Origin: Podarcis melisellensis
Taxonomy: Eukaryota
Strand: one strand, 5' to 3'
Assembly: GCA_964234715.1 (NCBI GenBank)
Contig: OZ174278.1
Length of the DNA stretch: 64,000 nt
Shown here: positions 1-14,678 of the stretch, one piece after another
How the letters are laid out: every line of letters begins with the position of its first letter
Numbering within the stretch: position 1 is the stretch's first letter
The notes under the pieces: generated by a model
The model's database searches: none
What the model saw: only the letters and a program-made list of their open reading frames with translations
Told to the model about the DNA's origin: nothing
Made by a program: the position numbers and the translations under genes

Positions 1-240
1 GCCTCCAGTCCACAGGGACCACCCCTGTTCTCCAAGAATGGTCCAAGATTATAGACAGAGGCTCTGAGATTACATCTGCAAGCTCCTTTAATACACTTGA
101 GTGGAGCTCATCAGGCCCTGGAGATCTGAATTCATTTAAAGTAGCTAGGTGTTCCCTTACAACCTCTTTTCCTATCTTGGGTTGCAGCTCCTACTTTGCA
201 TTGATAACTCTCTTGTCACCAGGTTGGGTGCTGCTTTCTA
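1..240 (-). mobile_element. CR1 LINE ORF2 fragment (start of RT region), runs off window edge
   Basis: Reverse strand translates QPKIGKEVVREHLATLNEFRSPGPDELHSSVLKELADVISEPLSIILDHSWRTGVVPVDWR, the typical CR1 SPGPD...KELAD...EPLSII...PxDWR motif. Confidence 0.9.
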
Positions 241-2614
241 TGTGGATGTAAATTATTTGATGTTACCATCTCTCATAAGGTATAAAGCGACTCTTGGGAA
301 CTTTGCACTGCTAGCTACCTAGGGAAGACATGAGCATTTTGTTCGCCAAAGTGTGTCGAGTCTAATCCATAATAAATTATTTCAGTTTTGTCACATGATT
401 TACAAAGAAGCTGCAGGCTCTTAGCTAGCTGAGTTAAAGTATTCTCCTTTAACATACTGGAGACAAATTTATTTGCACCCACTAAAAAACTATTGTATAG
501 TATAATTATAGTAACTTTTTTCCTGAACGACCTGGACAAAAAGACTAAGATATCCATAAGGGGCCCAGTATGTCTGAACTCAATACAGTTAAAAACCCAA
601 AGATGACAATGTTTACGAAAGAAAAAGAGAGAGTACACAATATAATATGCTGAGAATTTTGTGAAAATGTACCTAAAAGAAACAGTGAGGAGTTAAACCT
701 ATTGTATCCAGACAAAGCCAAACTCATAGTTTTTAATCTCCTGTTTGACCCTTCCTCTATCACAGCAATTCATCTTTCGAAGAGAAAGTACCCTCTTTGG
801 GATGGAGATTAATTTGGTGCTAGTTTCTTCTTTCATCTATTACACATAGATCTTTTTTGGCTGATATACATAATGACTTTTTCAATTTATTTTACCCTTT
901 GTCATCTAACTACTTAAGATGTTTCACTTTGAAATGAAGAAAAACAGAACTTTAAAAACTCTACAGGAAGATTGAATTGTGTCTTGGAGTAATTTACTAC
1001 TGCTACCAATATGGAAACAAATAATTGCTGATTGAACAAAAACTTTGAATGTCATTCTTTCCACAGTGCAATTGTACAGTAATTTTCCAGCTCATTTTCA
1101 ATATTGTTTTCCCAAAGAAAATTGTGTCCATAAACTTAATTTGGCAATACATACAAAACATTTCAAATTCCTGATGTGCTATTTAGGGGATCAAGCAAAA
1201 TAGAAATGGAGCTACAACTTATCTGAACCATTCAAAATCTGAGCTATACATACAACTGAGATGAACAATTCCATGCTTTTAAAAGAATCACAAAGATAAA
1301 AAAAATAAATTACTTATCAAGGTTTTCTTTTTAAAATGAGCATGATATATAAATGGCAAAGAAGTGAAGAAATGAAAAACAAGTGTTATTGCAAAAGAGG
1401 CGAGATTGGATTCACAGTATTTAACGCGGCTTCCTAGGCCAAACCCTTCATTCTTGGAAGCCAGCTGAAAGTAATCTCTTTGTATCTTGATGCTTTTAAT
1501 GTATGTGTAAAGTAGTTTGCTTTTTATACATTTATGCACATCATTCGCTACACTTAAATGGTGCAGTTAATTAACATCTCAATTAAATGTTTTTTTAAAA
1601 GAATATGGATGTTCATGGAACATACTGCAAAATAGGATATGGTTCTTTCTAATACTGATTCTGACTCCTCGGTTTTCACATCCTTAGTTGATAAAATAGG
1701 AGACTATATTAACATGTGAGCACTGCAGTACTTAAGCTTTATAACAAGAAAGTTCCCAATTTAATTGAAGGAAAATGTTGAAGCTGCTTAAAATTTCTAT
1801 ATTTATTAGCACCCACCCAGATCTTATGCATGTTTTCTCATAAGCAAGTCCCACTACGTTTAGGTATCTCATATCCATCTTTGGATATGTCTCTTCAAGT
1901 TCTCTCCATCATTATCTGCTGTTTGCTTCTTGCTTCCACAAAAGTCCTGCTGTAAGTTTTAGATCATCAGCCAATCACATAGATGATTATCCCCTTATTC
2001 TTTTGAAATTGTAAGGTTTCCATACTAACACTGCATTATTTAGATAAATTCTAATCTCAGATAAATTCTAATAGCGCTTACTTCCTAATAAAGTAATGTC
2101 GGATTTTAGCTCAGGTTTGCCTATTAACAGCTCCTTGTTGATACAAAATTGTGTCACTATTCCAGTACATTAATAAAAACCATCCTGCTTTTGTTGGGGC
2201 AGGGGAAATTAACTCACAAAGGACTAGATTTTGCTGCCTAAGGAGAAGGACAAAATATCCCCACCCCATTCCACAGACAGAAGCTGACTGAACTGGCAGT
2301 TTAACTCAGCTTTATTGTCCACACCATAGGGTAAAACACATGCCAGACACATTTGGAAAGAGGCTGATTATATGTTTCAAATGTTTACATGCTAATGCTG
2401 GAAATCTCTGAGCCAAAATGCTTGCAAAATGTTTCAGTGAGCTGAAATGCTTAGCTTTAAAGAAGAACAACATATTGAGGATATAATGGACACCTGGTGG
2501 AATGAAGGGAACTGGTGTAACACTCATCTCTGAATACAAACTGTAGTAGGGGTAGGGAGCCTGTGGCCTTCTCATCATGCCTAATCATAGGCCAGGCTGG
2601 TTGGGATTGAAGGA

Positions 2615-2752
2615 ATCACAGAATTGTAGATTTGGAAGGGACCACAAGGACAATCTATTTCAACCCCCTGCAATGCAGAAAAATTTTCACTAATGTGGTC
2701 TCGAACCCACTACCATAATTTTAAGAGTCTCATGGTCTACTGACTGAGCTAT
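2615..2752 (-). mobile_element. tRNA(Lys)-derived SINE with CR1-like 3' tail
   Basis: Reverse strand: ATAGCTCAGTCAGTAGACCATGAGACTCTTAA...GGGTTCGAGACC (A and B boxes), then GGTCCCTTCCAAATCTACAATTCTGTGA (CR1-type tail). Confidence 0.75.
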
Positions 2753-2899
2753 CTTTAGAGACATCTGGAGGACCACTCTATTGAAAAGACAGAGGCTTTG
2801 GCTAGACTCTAGATGAAATTGTTGTGGGAAACCAATGGCAGCTGCCTCCAGATGATAACTCTGGTACCTTTAGTAAATTTTAGAGATAAGGATTGATTA

Positions 2900-3125
2900 C
2901 AGTGGTACCTCGGGTTAAGTACTTAATTCGTTCTGAAGGTCCATTCTTAACCTGAAACTGTTCTTAACCTGAAGAACCACTTTAGCTAATGCGGCCTCCT
3001 GCTGCCGCCGCGCTGCCAGAGCGAGATTTCTGTTCTCATCCTGAAGCAAAATTCTTAACCTGAGGTAATATTTCTGGGTTAGCGGAGTCTGTAACCTGAA
3101 GCGTATGTAACCCGAGGTACCACTG
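2900..3125. mobile_element. Tc1/mariner-pogo (Tigger-like) MITE, family A copy 1
   Basis: TIR CAGTGGTACCTCGGGTTA / TAACCCGAGGTACCACTG, TA on both sides; three further copies in the window. Confidence 0.92.
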
Positions 3126-3364
3126 TACTTAAGAAAAGGCCTCTTACTTACATAATCTCCAAGCTCATAATAGTTAGTTGATGGTCTTTGATTTAAAATT
3201 TCAGTGTGTTATTATATATTGATACCATTGTAAACCACTTTGATTTTTTTATAATATAGCGGTACCTATTTTTATAAATAAGTAAATGTTTAGATACAGC
3301 ATGCAAATTATCTCAGACATGTATCCCAATATAAATGTCAGTTTTCCAAAACAGAAGTCATATA

Positions 3365-3958
3365 CTGTATTTTTCGCCCTATAGGACGCACTTTTCCCCT
3401 CCAAAAATGAAGGGGAAATGTGTGTGCGTCCTATGGGGCGAATGCAGGCTTCAGGAAGCTCTCCACAAGCCTTGGGAGCCCGGTGTGACTTCCCGCTGGG
3501 CTCCCAAGGCTTGTGGACAGCAGCCTGCAGCCCAAAACCCGGGGAGCACAGCGGGGCGTACCCCAGGCTTCGGGCAGCTCTCTGCAAGCCTTGGGAGCCT
3601 GGCGCGACTTCCCGCTGGGCTCCCAAGGCTTGCGGACAGCAGCCTGTAGCCCCAAACCCGGGCAGCGCAGCGGGCCACACCCCGGGCTTCGGGGAGCTCT
3701 CCGCAGTCTTAGGAGCCCGGCGGGAGTTCCCCCGCTCGGGCTTCCCCCGCCCCCAGCCCCACAAGCTCCGAGAGCCCCGGACCCCCAGCCCCAAGGCTAA
3801 AAATGAAGCCAGGACAGCTAGTGGGATCCATCCTGCTCGCTGCCATGGCTTCTTTGCTCTTTGGGGCTCGGGGGGGAAAATATTTTTTCCCCTTTATCCC
3901 CCCCCCCCAAATAAGTGTGCCCTGTGGGCCGGTGCGCCCTATAGGGCGAAAAATACAG
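3365..3958. mobile_element. Tc1/pogo-type non-autonomous DNA transposon with internal GC-rich tandem repeats
   Basis: TIR CTGTATTTTTCGCCCTATAGG(A/G)CGCAC at both ends, TA on both sides; about 2.5 internal units of 119 bp starting at 3445, 3564 and 3683. Confidence 0.9.
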
Positions 3959-5317
3959 TACAGAAGGTTCATGAGAATCGCATGAAAATCAGCCATCATA
4001 CCATGAGCACTTGATGAGTTATATATGACAAGTACCCTGTGCCTAGCTCTCAAAGATGTAAGAAAGCAAACATGCCATATGTCTCCTTGTATTTAATTCT
4101 TACTGAAGAGCAGAATTATAATGCACATGTCTTTTCATGCACCCAATTTATAGGAGTACCTGATTTTCTCTTATAATGAACAGTCTTGCACTAAAAGACT
4201 AGAGGAAGATCTGTACCAGTCAAATCTATTAATTAATTTCTCATCCTTTGTTCATCATGGCTGCTTTCAGCAAACTGTTAAATTGGCTATGCTTACAGCA
4301 GAATGGAGTGGGATTTAAGTTGTAGAGTTCTGAAATGGCAGAACAGATAGTGCTACTTTAAAATACGTACAAGAGAAGGGACATACTTTTTAAAATTCTC
4401 CCTTGCACAATACACTTCCTCTTGCACAGCAAGAACATGATACACATCCCTCATGATGAACTGGGTATTTCTTAGCCGACACTTTATTTTTTTTAATGTT
4501 GAAAGCATTTAAAAAATGATATTTGTACACCTTCAGTCTAAAATGATATAGCCCACTCTAGTAAATTTAATGGTCCTGCTTCTTATTACTTTTTTGCTAA
4601 CTTTTCTTATCGCTTATCCATCAGTGAGCAAAACTTTTAAAAAGGCAAAAGGGTTTGTTTCATTGTAACACTGCAAAATCAAGTTCAGGAGAGCATCTTT
4701 TTTTTTTAGTTCAAAACTCTACAGCGAGGTCAAAACCCTGCATGCTTAGTTGTTTTTTTCCTGCAACAGAATTGCTGCAGGTATCCTATGTATCACTGTG
4801 AATAGAAAAAATTAACTACAGGACCATAATAGTTGAGCCTGTCCATAACTGGCTGCAAAGATTTAAAGGAAAAAGAAACATCCCTGTAAAGAATTAACAA
4901 ATTGCATGTTGGATCTAGACTTCCAGTGAGTGTAGTTCAACTCATGTGGCACTGGAGGAAGAGATTATTCTTCTGACTTCTCCTTCCCCCACAGTACACT
5001 GCATCCCCTGAAAACTGCTCTGATGGTGCTGGGAGATGCAGGAGGGGGAAATTGGCAAAAATTACCTCCTTCTGTTTTGTCCAAGAAGAGCTTACACTGC
5101 ATTGCAGTTCACTCTATAGTCTGGATGTGACAACTATGTGTGTACTTGTTTTCTCTAGATATACTTGCAGGAACAGGGGAAACCCCCAAAATCAGAGTTC
5201 CTGCAACATCAGGTGCCTAATTGCAGATACCCTAATTATTTGTATGCATGCTCCACTTGCCCCATTATAATGTACACCAGCAAGTGTGAGATTCTATTTT
5301 CAGCTTTTGTTCTTTTA

Positions 5318-5587
<270 letters not shown>

Positions 5588-6817
5588 TTAAAGAGGGCAA
5601 TGGAAGGTTGAACTACAGATACTTCCACAGATCCTTCCTGAGGGTTTATTTCCAGAACATGAAGAAGAATACATATTTGATTGATATGCTATTATTTAAA
5701 CTACTTAAATTTATTTATTTTATTTTTTAAACATGTAAATATCACCTGTCATGTGAAACACATCAAGGCATACCAAAATAAAGACAACAAAGTAGTACAA
5801 GTATAGAGTATTCTAAATAGAAGGGAATAATGAATACTTATTATATGGGGGGGGGGGGACATACAGGGCGTGAAAGCCCCTCACAGGCTTTTCAAAATCT
5901 CAGAAAATACTGTGGTGACAATAGTACAAAGAGAAATAAACCTAATTTTGCAAACTAAAGTTCTTAGGGACACTATTATTTTATGTTTTATATCTTTACT
6001 GTGGTGTTTCAGCCTCTTATCTGCCTGCAGTTCCAAGATTGGATGTGAAAAGCTGACAAAGACAGACACAGACAATGTGTCACCCCAAGAGAAAAGCATG
6101 CCAGGTCACAAATGATCCTTTAGACTGCAAAGGAAAGTGGCCCCTCGCAACTTGGGACTACACTAGCGAAAAGGAAGAATTAGTATTGGAACATGTGAAC
6201 TCTTTTTCAACATTCTCCAAATATCTCCTTCCTTCAGATCCACAATAAATGGAATGCACAACCAAATGCTGTATATTTTAGGTATTTTATTGCCGCATTC
6301 TTTATATACCGGTATATATTTATTTTAATTAAGAGGGGAAACACAATGGCAAATACAAAGCCAGCAGATAAGTTTTCTTTATATATTAAGATTTGTATTG
6401 TATTGTGAGGTTGATTTGTTGGTAAGTTGCTCTGAGTGGTTGGCACATGAGCACTAGAAGAGTGGGACAAAAAAATTAATAAAATAAATACAAAGTGAGA
6501 CAAATCTGCTGTACATGAAGGATGGTGATTCCAAGAAGAGCATAAACCTAAAGATCTAATTCTTATATATCCAAAGTGTGTGCACATGCACACACACATC
6601 CAGAGTATGTTCCACTAGTGATACAAAAAATAAAGAGGCTCTTTCTTCTCTGTTCATGATAGAGCACATGGATCCCTGGCATGATGACCATTTAAATACT
6701 CTCAACAAATAATTGAATTTACAAGATGCAAAGGTGTAAAACTCAAAAAATTTCATTGTGCTGAATTCCACATATGCTTTGTTTATGTCAGGACTTAAAA
6801 ACATAGTTTTATAAGAA

Positions 6818-6950
6818 CAGCACTCCTCAAGCTTGGGTCCCCATATGCTGGGCTACATGTCCCATCACCTTTGACCATTGGCCAAGTTAGCTGGGGATAA
6901 GGAGTGTTGAAATCCAACAGCTTCTGGGGATCTAAGGTTGAATAGCACTA
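6818..6950. mobile_element. Degenerate hairpin hAT-type MITE (family B)
   Basis: Diverged version of the ctacaactcccatcatccctgaccactgg...gggatgatgggagttgtag core seen at 35400, 35892, 37894 and 60608. Confidence 0.6.
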
Positions 6951-8799
6951 TTAGAAGGCAGACCTAAGTGTTACCCACCATCTATGTCTGAAGAGTTTAC
7001 TCTCTCAATAGAGTGTCTCTCCAAAAGCTGGCTACAAAAAAAACCTGCAAGGTGCAATGAGACTTCTGTAAAATGTACTCCTGTCAGCAGCTTGTTTTAT
7101 TAGACTACAAAAAAACAAAAAACAAAACAAAACCAGCAACGTAATATTTACTGCATTAAAATGTGCTCTTATATCATTTCAGAGTTGTTTGGAGTCAGAA
7201 ACAGAGCTGTACGTAAGGATAGTCTTATTAAGTTAAGATTATATCAGAAGTTTAAAGTGAAGATGTATTTTGAAAGGGGAGGGATTTTTTTTAAAAAAAT
7301 CTAATTAAATGTTTTTACAAATCTCAAGGGCATTTCATGTCTGGGGAAGCTCATAAAACCTAAGATGAAAACTCCTCAAATATCTGCTTGGATTTTTATT
7401 TTTTTTAGCACCTTTGAAGCAACAAAGAATTTCAATACCAGCTTAATAAGAGCAAATTACTTGAGTAATTTTTATACTTGTTAGGATAAAGTCTATCTTA
7501 CAAGTGTATTACCTTGTCTGTAAACTGAGAACATTTTACCAGTTAACCAGCCTTAAGAGGACATCAAAGGACTTGGAATGGATAAAGCAATTCCCCCTCC
7601 CCCATTTACTATTAATTATTTTGGCTCTAACATTACATAATGAAAAGTTAACAGAATGTAATCCACTAGAGATTAGTCCAAGATAGCAGTTGTGGAATTA
7701 TTTCTACACTGTAAAAGAGATACATAGTTTGGGATTGCCTCAGGCCCTGGCAATCGAACATAAAGCTATAAATTTAAGGATTGCTTCTATTGCTGAAAAA
7801 GCAATTTTATTCCCTGTCCTTTATACATTGAGTCTCAAAAGTAATCTGAGCATGCATTTCCTTTTGAAAATGTACTAGTAACATACTTCATAATCCAGTA
7901 CAGTATGTTCCTTTAGTTATCCAAGACTAAATTTTCAGCATGTGTCTCTCATTTGGTAAATGAAAAATTGTTTGGAAAGCAAGAAGCTAAAATATGAAAA
8001 AACTAGTGTGCCCTGTGACAGATTATTTCAGTCTGAAGTGCTCCTGCGTAGAGCTCTAGCCAGTAAGGCCTATTTTCAGTTAAATCAGACAAATTATAGC
8101 TGGAAAAAGTAGAGATGGAGAATTTCCTTGCATTGCCAAAACAGCTAATTTCAATCCATTGGCTTCCATTGGCAAGTCTTTAAGAGGCCACCTACACTAA
8201 GTTTTTAAGTCTGAAATGTCTGACATTTTTAAAAACAGCTCTTACTGACGGCATTGGGAGTTACCATAGCTCAATGATCCCAGATGTGACATTATGTAAT
8301 TCACCAAAAAACATTTTAATTGTGCATTATGGTTGCTAGAATGGAAACAGAAGCAGAAATAAAAGTGCACTGAAATCAAAGGAGGAAATGCAAGCTTTTT
8401 AGGACCCAGAGATTCCCATCTATTACCTGGTGTCCAAACACAATACCTTCTAAGTTTTCTGATTTTCCAGGAACAGTCCTGGAATTACAAAAGCTATCCC
8501 AGCTTCTGATTTGATCCCAGACTATCTCTATTTCCCCTGCCAGTGCTGTCGCACGGTGGAAGCTGCAGCGGTTGTGGCTACGAGGGAGCAGCCCATTGCC
8601 TCTCCATGGCACTGCTGCTGGCCTCCTTCCTTGGCAACAGTGGCTCATAGTGGCTACTGGAGAACGGACAAGGAGCAGGAGAGGCTGCCATAAGAAGCTG
8701 ATGCAATACAAGGTGGCGTCTTATGTTGCACCTTCCTGCATCTTTTCCATGGTGAGTCATGGTGACCAGAACTGCACACAGTATTTCAGGAAACTCTGA

Positions 8800-8900
8800 T
8801 ATTCCAGATGTTGGACCACCATTCTCATCAGTTCCAACCAGCACAACCATTGGTCAGGGATTATGGGAGTTGTGATCCAACAACACTGGGGGGTAGCATA
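8800..8900. mobile_element. Degenerate hairpin MITE core (family B)
   Basis: ccagatgttggaccaccattctcatc...ggtcagggattatgggagttgtgatccaacaac resembles the family B core. Confidence 0.5.
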
Positions 8901-11900
8901 CCCTCCATCCTATTTTCACTTCCTTCCCTAATAATCCTCAGCATACACCTTCCTTCATTAGGTGCTAAACATTGGCTCAAATATTTCATTGAGCCATCTT
9001 CCAGAATCACAGTATATCTTCCTGGTCAATCACTTCCACCAACATCTGCAGTCCAACAACACCTGGAAGGCCACAGGTTACTTACCCATGTCTTATAGCA
9101 GTATTCCCTTTTTGCTGGAAAGTTATCCATACCTTATTCTATATCAGTGTTTCACTTTACAAAGTGATCAAGCAAACATAAGAACATCAATCATATTACT
9201 ATGCCAGTTTATTGTAGCATTCCTTTCTAAAAAGACACCCTCCTTTCCTAGTTTGTTTAAATGTATTTTAGATCACTTAAAATCATGATGGGATTTGACA
9301 TGAACAATTTTCTTCATTAAAATTCTAGGACACTCCCTTTACTCTTCATTTTGAAAAGAAACAGAGCTCGGTGAATAACTAGGTTTCCTCAGATAAGAAT
9401 GTGGCAACATCAATTTCCACTTAAAAAGGGGGAAGTGCATACAAAAGGGGGGGATAGATGCCTCATTATGTCATTTAAACAGTATGGAAGCTGCAGCAAT
9501 TTCCTGTATTACTCTGGAGGAGTGCCTGATACAATTCCTTCTCATGCCATAAGATAGCTTGCCACAGCTCTGACATCACAAAGGTGGCATCAGAACTGGC
9601 TCTCAGGCATTTTAAAGAGCTTTACTTATGAGGTTAGAATGGTTTGCTTACATTGCTTATACTAGTAAATTTTGGTTTGCCCTCTGACTTATTTAGGATA
9701 GTTTGAAATTACATTAAAACATCCATTCAAGATTTAAACACCAATAATTATAAGCAACAACCTCACAAAATCCAGGCGCAGAATGCTGAGATGTACTTGA
9801 CTATTAACAACCCAACCTAATATAATGTGTGTTCAAAACTGTTGGACCCCAGGATCAATTCCACCCGCTGACAGATGCCATCTGGACCCCCTGCCTCCAG
9901 CCCTCTTTCCCCCTCCCTCCCCCCTGTTTTTATAACAGCTCAGAGGCAGGGGATGAGAGTGAGAGAACAAACCTTACTGTCATACCTCAACCTCATTAGC
10001 ATTCCCATGCCTTCACCAGCAGAAAGATACAAAGGAAGGTAGACAGACTGCACAATGCTAATGACATAAAGCTACATGCTGCAATCTCAATTGCAGTTCT
10101 TACTGTTCTCCCTGGAGAGAAGATGTGAAACAAGAAAAAAGAAATCCTTCTTTCACTGATCTACAGTCATTGTCAGCTAGCCAGCATCTTATTGGTCAAG
10201 TACAGCTATGTCCTATGAGACACCAAATGCTGGTGCCCAAAAAAGTAGCATTTCCTAACTTGTGCTTGGCTCTGCTCCCGAGTCATTGGATTATTTTCCT
10301 TACTCTGAGATCTAATATTTGGAATCAAAAGGTCCTTGCAACTTTTGATTAATTTGGCCTCAACATTCATACTTCTGGCTGTGCCATTTTCCTATTAAAA
10401 TGTTTCTACCAAAGTTCTCATTATTATCACAAGTGATCACATACCACTGTATTTCTTGTCCCCCTTCTACTACAATCTGAGATCAATTCATTTTGGACAG
10501 CTGCTGTGAGCAGAACTGAGAAATGATGCCATCGTAGAAGAAATTATAGGTTAACAGGCACAAAAATAAACTTTTAATGACTTTTTCAACTCATATAGCC
10601 TATAAACCTTATGTTTAAAAAAATAGTTCATTCTCCACTGTGGTACTGTATATAACTTAACTGGAACAATTTAATTTTTAAAGTTTAAATTGTGCCATGT
10701 AAAATGTTGACGTAGAAAAATCATTGCTTTCTTTAACGCAAGTAACTTTTGATGGCTGTCCGGGAGAACTTCAGCTCTATGCTCTTCTGTGACTATCATT
10801 TTAAGATTCTGTACGATTTAGAAGAAATTGGTCAAATTTTTAATCAATTGATGGAGATAGATACCCACAATTGCAAAGCAATGCGTTTTCGGAACAATGT
10901 AAATATTTTATTTTATAAAAATATATATGCCATTTCATAAACTATATCAAAGCCATTTGCAACAAAAGTACATAAAACCATAAAATTAAAACCATATAAA
11001 AAAGACTGAAACCAGTCCATTAACCATTGTGGAAAGATGTATTCTTAGTTGGCTACATAAGCCAGGCAGAATAGAAAAGTTTTCAGCTGGTATTTAATGG
11101 CTGAAGCAGAAGGCAGAAATATAAGAGTAAGAAAAGGCAAAAGCAAAGAGCAAATCCGACATTAGATATAAAAGAAAACATAGTGATCAATCAAGGTAGT
11201 CAATCTTGTGGACATGCACCTGATTTCCTTCTTACTGTCTTTTAGGCAGAAATGGAGAATATTTTTATTTGAATAGTTGCACTGTAATTGCAGGGCCGAA
11301 GGGCACATCATTCTAGCCTTTCCCATGGTTTAAGGGACACTGGAAAGTTGTTCCTCCTATGGCAAGGAGTGGCCCCATCTGCCAGCCAAAGAAGGAACAG
11401 TTGCAGAGGGCTTGCTTATTCCCTCCCTGCCAAAAGAACACTTATAACTTAGAGAAGAGCGCCTGAATTTGCTTTTCCCCTCTCTTCCTTTTGTGTTGTG
11501 TCTTTTGGACTGGAAGCCTGAGGGCAAAGATAGTCTGATTATTGATCACTGTAAGCTACTCTGGGAGCCTTTTTCAGCTGACAAGCAGGGTAACCATACT
11601 TTACAAATAATAGTGTTATAGTTGGAGTATCAGAGTCTGTTAGTGAATATTAGAAACTAATAAATATTTGGAGTATTGAAGGGAGGATTTCAAGCCAGTG
11701 GGAAAACATATTCCAAGCTACATTTGGGATAGAGATCATTAAAATGACAAAAGGTGTTGATGACCCATCATAGAGATATTCCTGGGTCTGTGCAGAGTTG
11801 CCATGGTTACCATTGGCAGAGAAAGGTTGAGGATTGAAAATGTGGAGAAACTGTGCTCAAAGGAAAATTTGTGCCTTTTTAAAAACTAGGCCTGGTGTGG

Positions 11901-12085
11901 CAGAGGGATGGGGAGGAGCTGCTTGGAGCGAGGTTTCTCTGGGAACAAGGAAGTAGGAAGAACGCAATGTGGTGGCTGAAGGGCAGCAGCCATTAGAGCT
12001 GGCTGGGAAGCAGGAACAAAGGGATGGTGCTTAGAATGGCTGTATCTGCAATGCAGGGCTGCCATGAAGCAGCCTATGCTACAAA

Positions 12086-12341
12086 GGGAGCCAGCGTGGT
12101 GCAGTGGTTAAGAGCGGTGGACTTGTAATCTACTGAACCGAGTTCGCTTCCCTGCTCCTCCACATGCAGCTGCTGGGTAACCTTCGGCTAGTCAAACTTC
12201 TCTGAAGTCTCTCAGCCTCGCTCACCTCACAGAGTGCTTGTTGTGGGGGAGGAAGGGAAAGGAGAATGTTAGCCACTTTGAGACTCTTTAAGGGGGGTGA
12301 AAGGCGGGATATCAAGTCCAAACTCCTCCTCCTCTTCTTCT
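12086..12341 (+). mobile_element. tRNA-derived squamate SINE (Squam3-like), full length
   Basis: Head GGGAGCCAGCGTGGTGCAGTGGTTAAGAGCGG (A box) and GAGTTCGCTTCCC (B box); tail (TCC/TCT)n; homologous to the copy at 17686-18001. Confidence 0.82.
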
Positions 12342-14344
12342 ATGAACAACATCAAGCTGCTCTTGAAATGACAGTGCTGTAGGATCTGCACCCCCTTCAT
12401 TTATACTAAGGTGTAAATATGTGTTATTAAGCCATATTTCTTAAAGACACTACTGCCTCCGCCTTGTCTTGATTCTCAACGGAAACACAATAGTGGGTGA
12501 ACGCCTGGAACCCTCTGGAATCCTTGTGCACCACTCGGCAGAGATGGGGGGTGGTGGCAAACAACCTTTGTAACAATAGTTTGCTGATGATGTTAATGCT
12601 TGCTGCTTCAAACTGTTATTTGTTTTACTCTGTTGTTTTCACATTTTAATTGTTATTTACCATATTGCTATTTCCATTTTTGTAAGAAGCTCTTGGTGGC
12701 ATTGAGTAGAAATATTAAGACAACAGTGGGAACCACCATTTTGCTGTTTTTTGCTAAATAAAAATGTGCAGATTTCAGGAACAGATGCCTCTTAGGATAT
12801 CATAGAACCCTAAAATCAATTTCTGTGCACCGAGGTTCAGTTTCAGCTGCAATGTTTAACAACCATTGATACTGCTTCTTAAATTTCTCTAAACCTTACT
12901 TAAATTTCTTATTTTTTCCTAATCCTTTTAAAATGCACATTAAGCTTTACAGGACTAGCTTGCATCCAGCTATTGGCTACAGAATGAACATCAATTATTC
13001 TGTTATCACCAGGTTCTATACTGTTCCAACTACATTGTTCTGTGACCGTAAAAATGAGGGGAGAAAGCCTTCTGAAGGGCCAATCTTACCTCCAGCCTAG
13101 CAGAAAAACTAGGAAGGCAAGACTAGTTTGATCAAACTCAAATACCTGATTTAATGATCACGGTGCTTATTGGCATGCAAAGAACAGGATGTATATTTTA
13201 GGAGTGAATAAGCTCACTTTTTCTTATAGCATTGTCAAACTGATCTCCTTTACAATTTCTCTTTACTCACCTTTCCTTGTATGTCATTACTTACTTGTTT
13301 GTAAACCTAACAACAGGATCAGTATCCTAATTTTATTTACGTGCAAGTCTGCATCAGTTCTGTGTATTAAATCTTAACTGCTGCAAGCAGCTTTAGGGGA
13401 TTCCATCCCCCCTGAAAAGCAGGATAAAAATATAATAAATGAATAAATAGTACAAATTGGTTTATAGTACTGTGTTAAAAATAAGCATTACAACACTATT
13501 AGAATGTATACAGGGCAGTATTCAATGGAATATTTGTGCAATCCAAGGATTAGTGGTAGTGCAACAAAATATCCTCCTCCTCACCCTGTCCCATTCCCAA
13601 ATCTGCTCTGGAGGATTGGGGGGAACCCCCAGAGCAGGTATGGGGGGGTCATAGGGGGAGATGTTCAATTGATGGAACATTGAATACTACTCTCAGTTTA
13701 GAAATCTGGGTATCGTCTCATTTAGATGAGAGATATTTTTACTTAAACTACTTTCTTTAAAAAGTAAAAATGAATGAATTAAAAGTAATAATAAGTAACT
13801 ATGGAATCTACAATATTTATTACTCTAATGAGATAAACAAAATGATGACCAACATTCAAATACACTAAAGATCTTCTGACTACAAATGTGTGTCCAAAAG
13901 AAGTACTGATTTGAGTCCTGCTGAAAGACCACAGAGCAATCTCATTTCATCATTTCCATTGACAATGGAGCAGAACACACAAAGAACATATAAATGAGGG
14001 GGTACATGCAAGAAACACAACAGGGGATATAGTAATAGTTTGAAATTATAGCCAAAGAAATATTTTACAGGGAGCTTGTGATAGCTGATCCCCCCCCCCC
14101 AGTTACACAGATATCTATTCAGTTTCAGCTTACAGAATGAATCCATTCAATTGTACCAAGGAAAATATATTGTCTGTTTTTTAAAATATATATACAGCTA
14201 AATGATGCAAAGCATAAAATACATCTGTATGCAGCATTCAGTAGTACAGGACAGCTCCAATAAAGGCAGAGTGACCAAAATATTGAATATGATTGCACTA
14301 TTTCAAACTACTATCTGGAATATTGCAGTATAGAACATACAGAA

Positions 14345-14678
14345 TCCTGGTGATATCAAAATAAACCATGCAAGAAGGGAGATGCAGCCCAGGATAGGAA
14401 AATAGGTGGTAAAGGAACACCTAGCTACTTTTAATTCAAATCTCCAGGGTCTGATGAGCTCCCCTCAAGCATACTAATGGACCTTGCATATGTAATCTCA
14501 AAGCCTCTATATAATCTTTGAGAATTCTTGAACAGAGAACAGAGGAGGTCCCTGCAGACTGGAGATGGGCAAATATTGTCCCCATCATCAAAAAAGGGGG
14601 AAAAAGAAGACCCAGGGTAACTACCAAAGTGTAAGCTGGACATCAATATCAGGAAACGTGCCAGAACAGATAATTAAA
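14345..14678 (+). mobile_element. CR1 LINE ORF2 fragment (decayed RT region)
   Basis: Across frameshifts encodes SPGSDEL...DWRWANIVPIIKKG...DPG(NY)...TSISG...EQIIK; homologous to 1-240 in opposite orientation. Confidence 0.88.

Noticed and set aside
2690-2752. tRNA-Lys-like sequence (also tRNA-like heads at 12086, 18001, 29980, 56525)
   Set aside because: Degenerate cloverleaf fused to LINE-derived tails; these are SINE heads, not tRNA genes.
3445-3750. Palindromic repeats at regular spacing, superficially CRISPR-like
   Set aside because: The intervening sequence is repeated too (no unique spacers), there are no cas genes, and the context is a vertebrate intron inside a TIR element.
3249-4053. 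Cluster of long overlapping ORFs (up to 198 aa) on both strands
   Set aside because: They fall in the GC-rich tandem-repeat MITE; low stop-codon frequency explains them, and there is no transposase or other domain.
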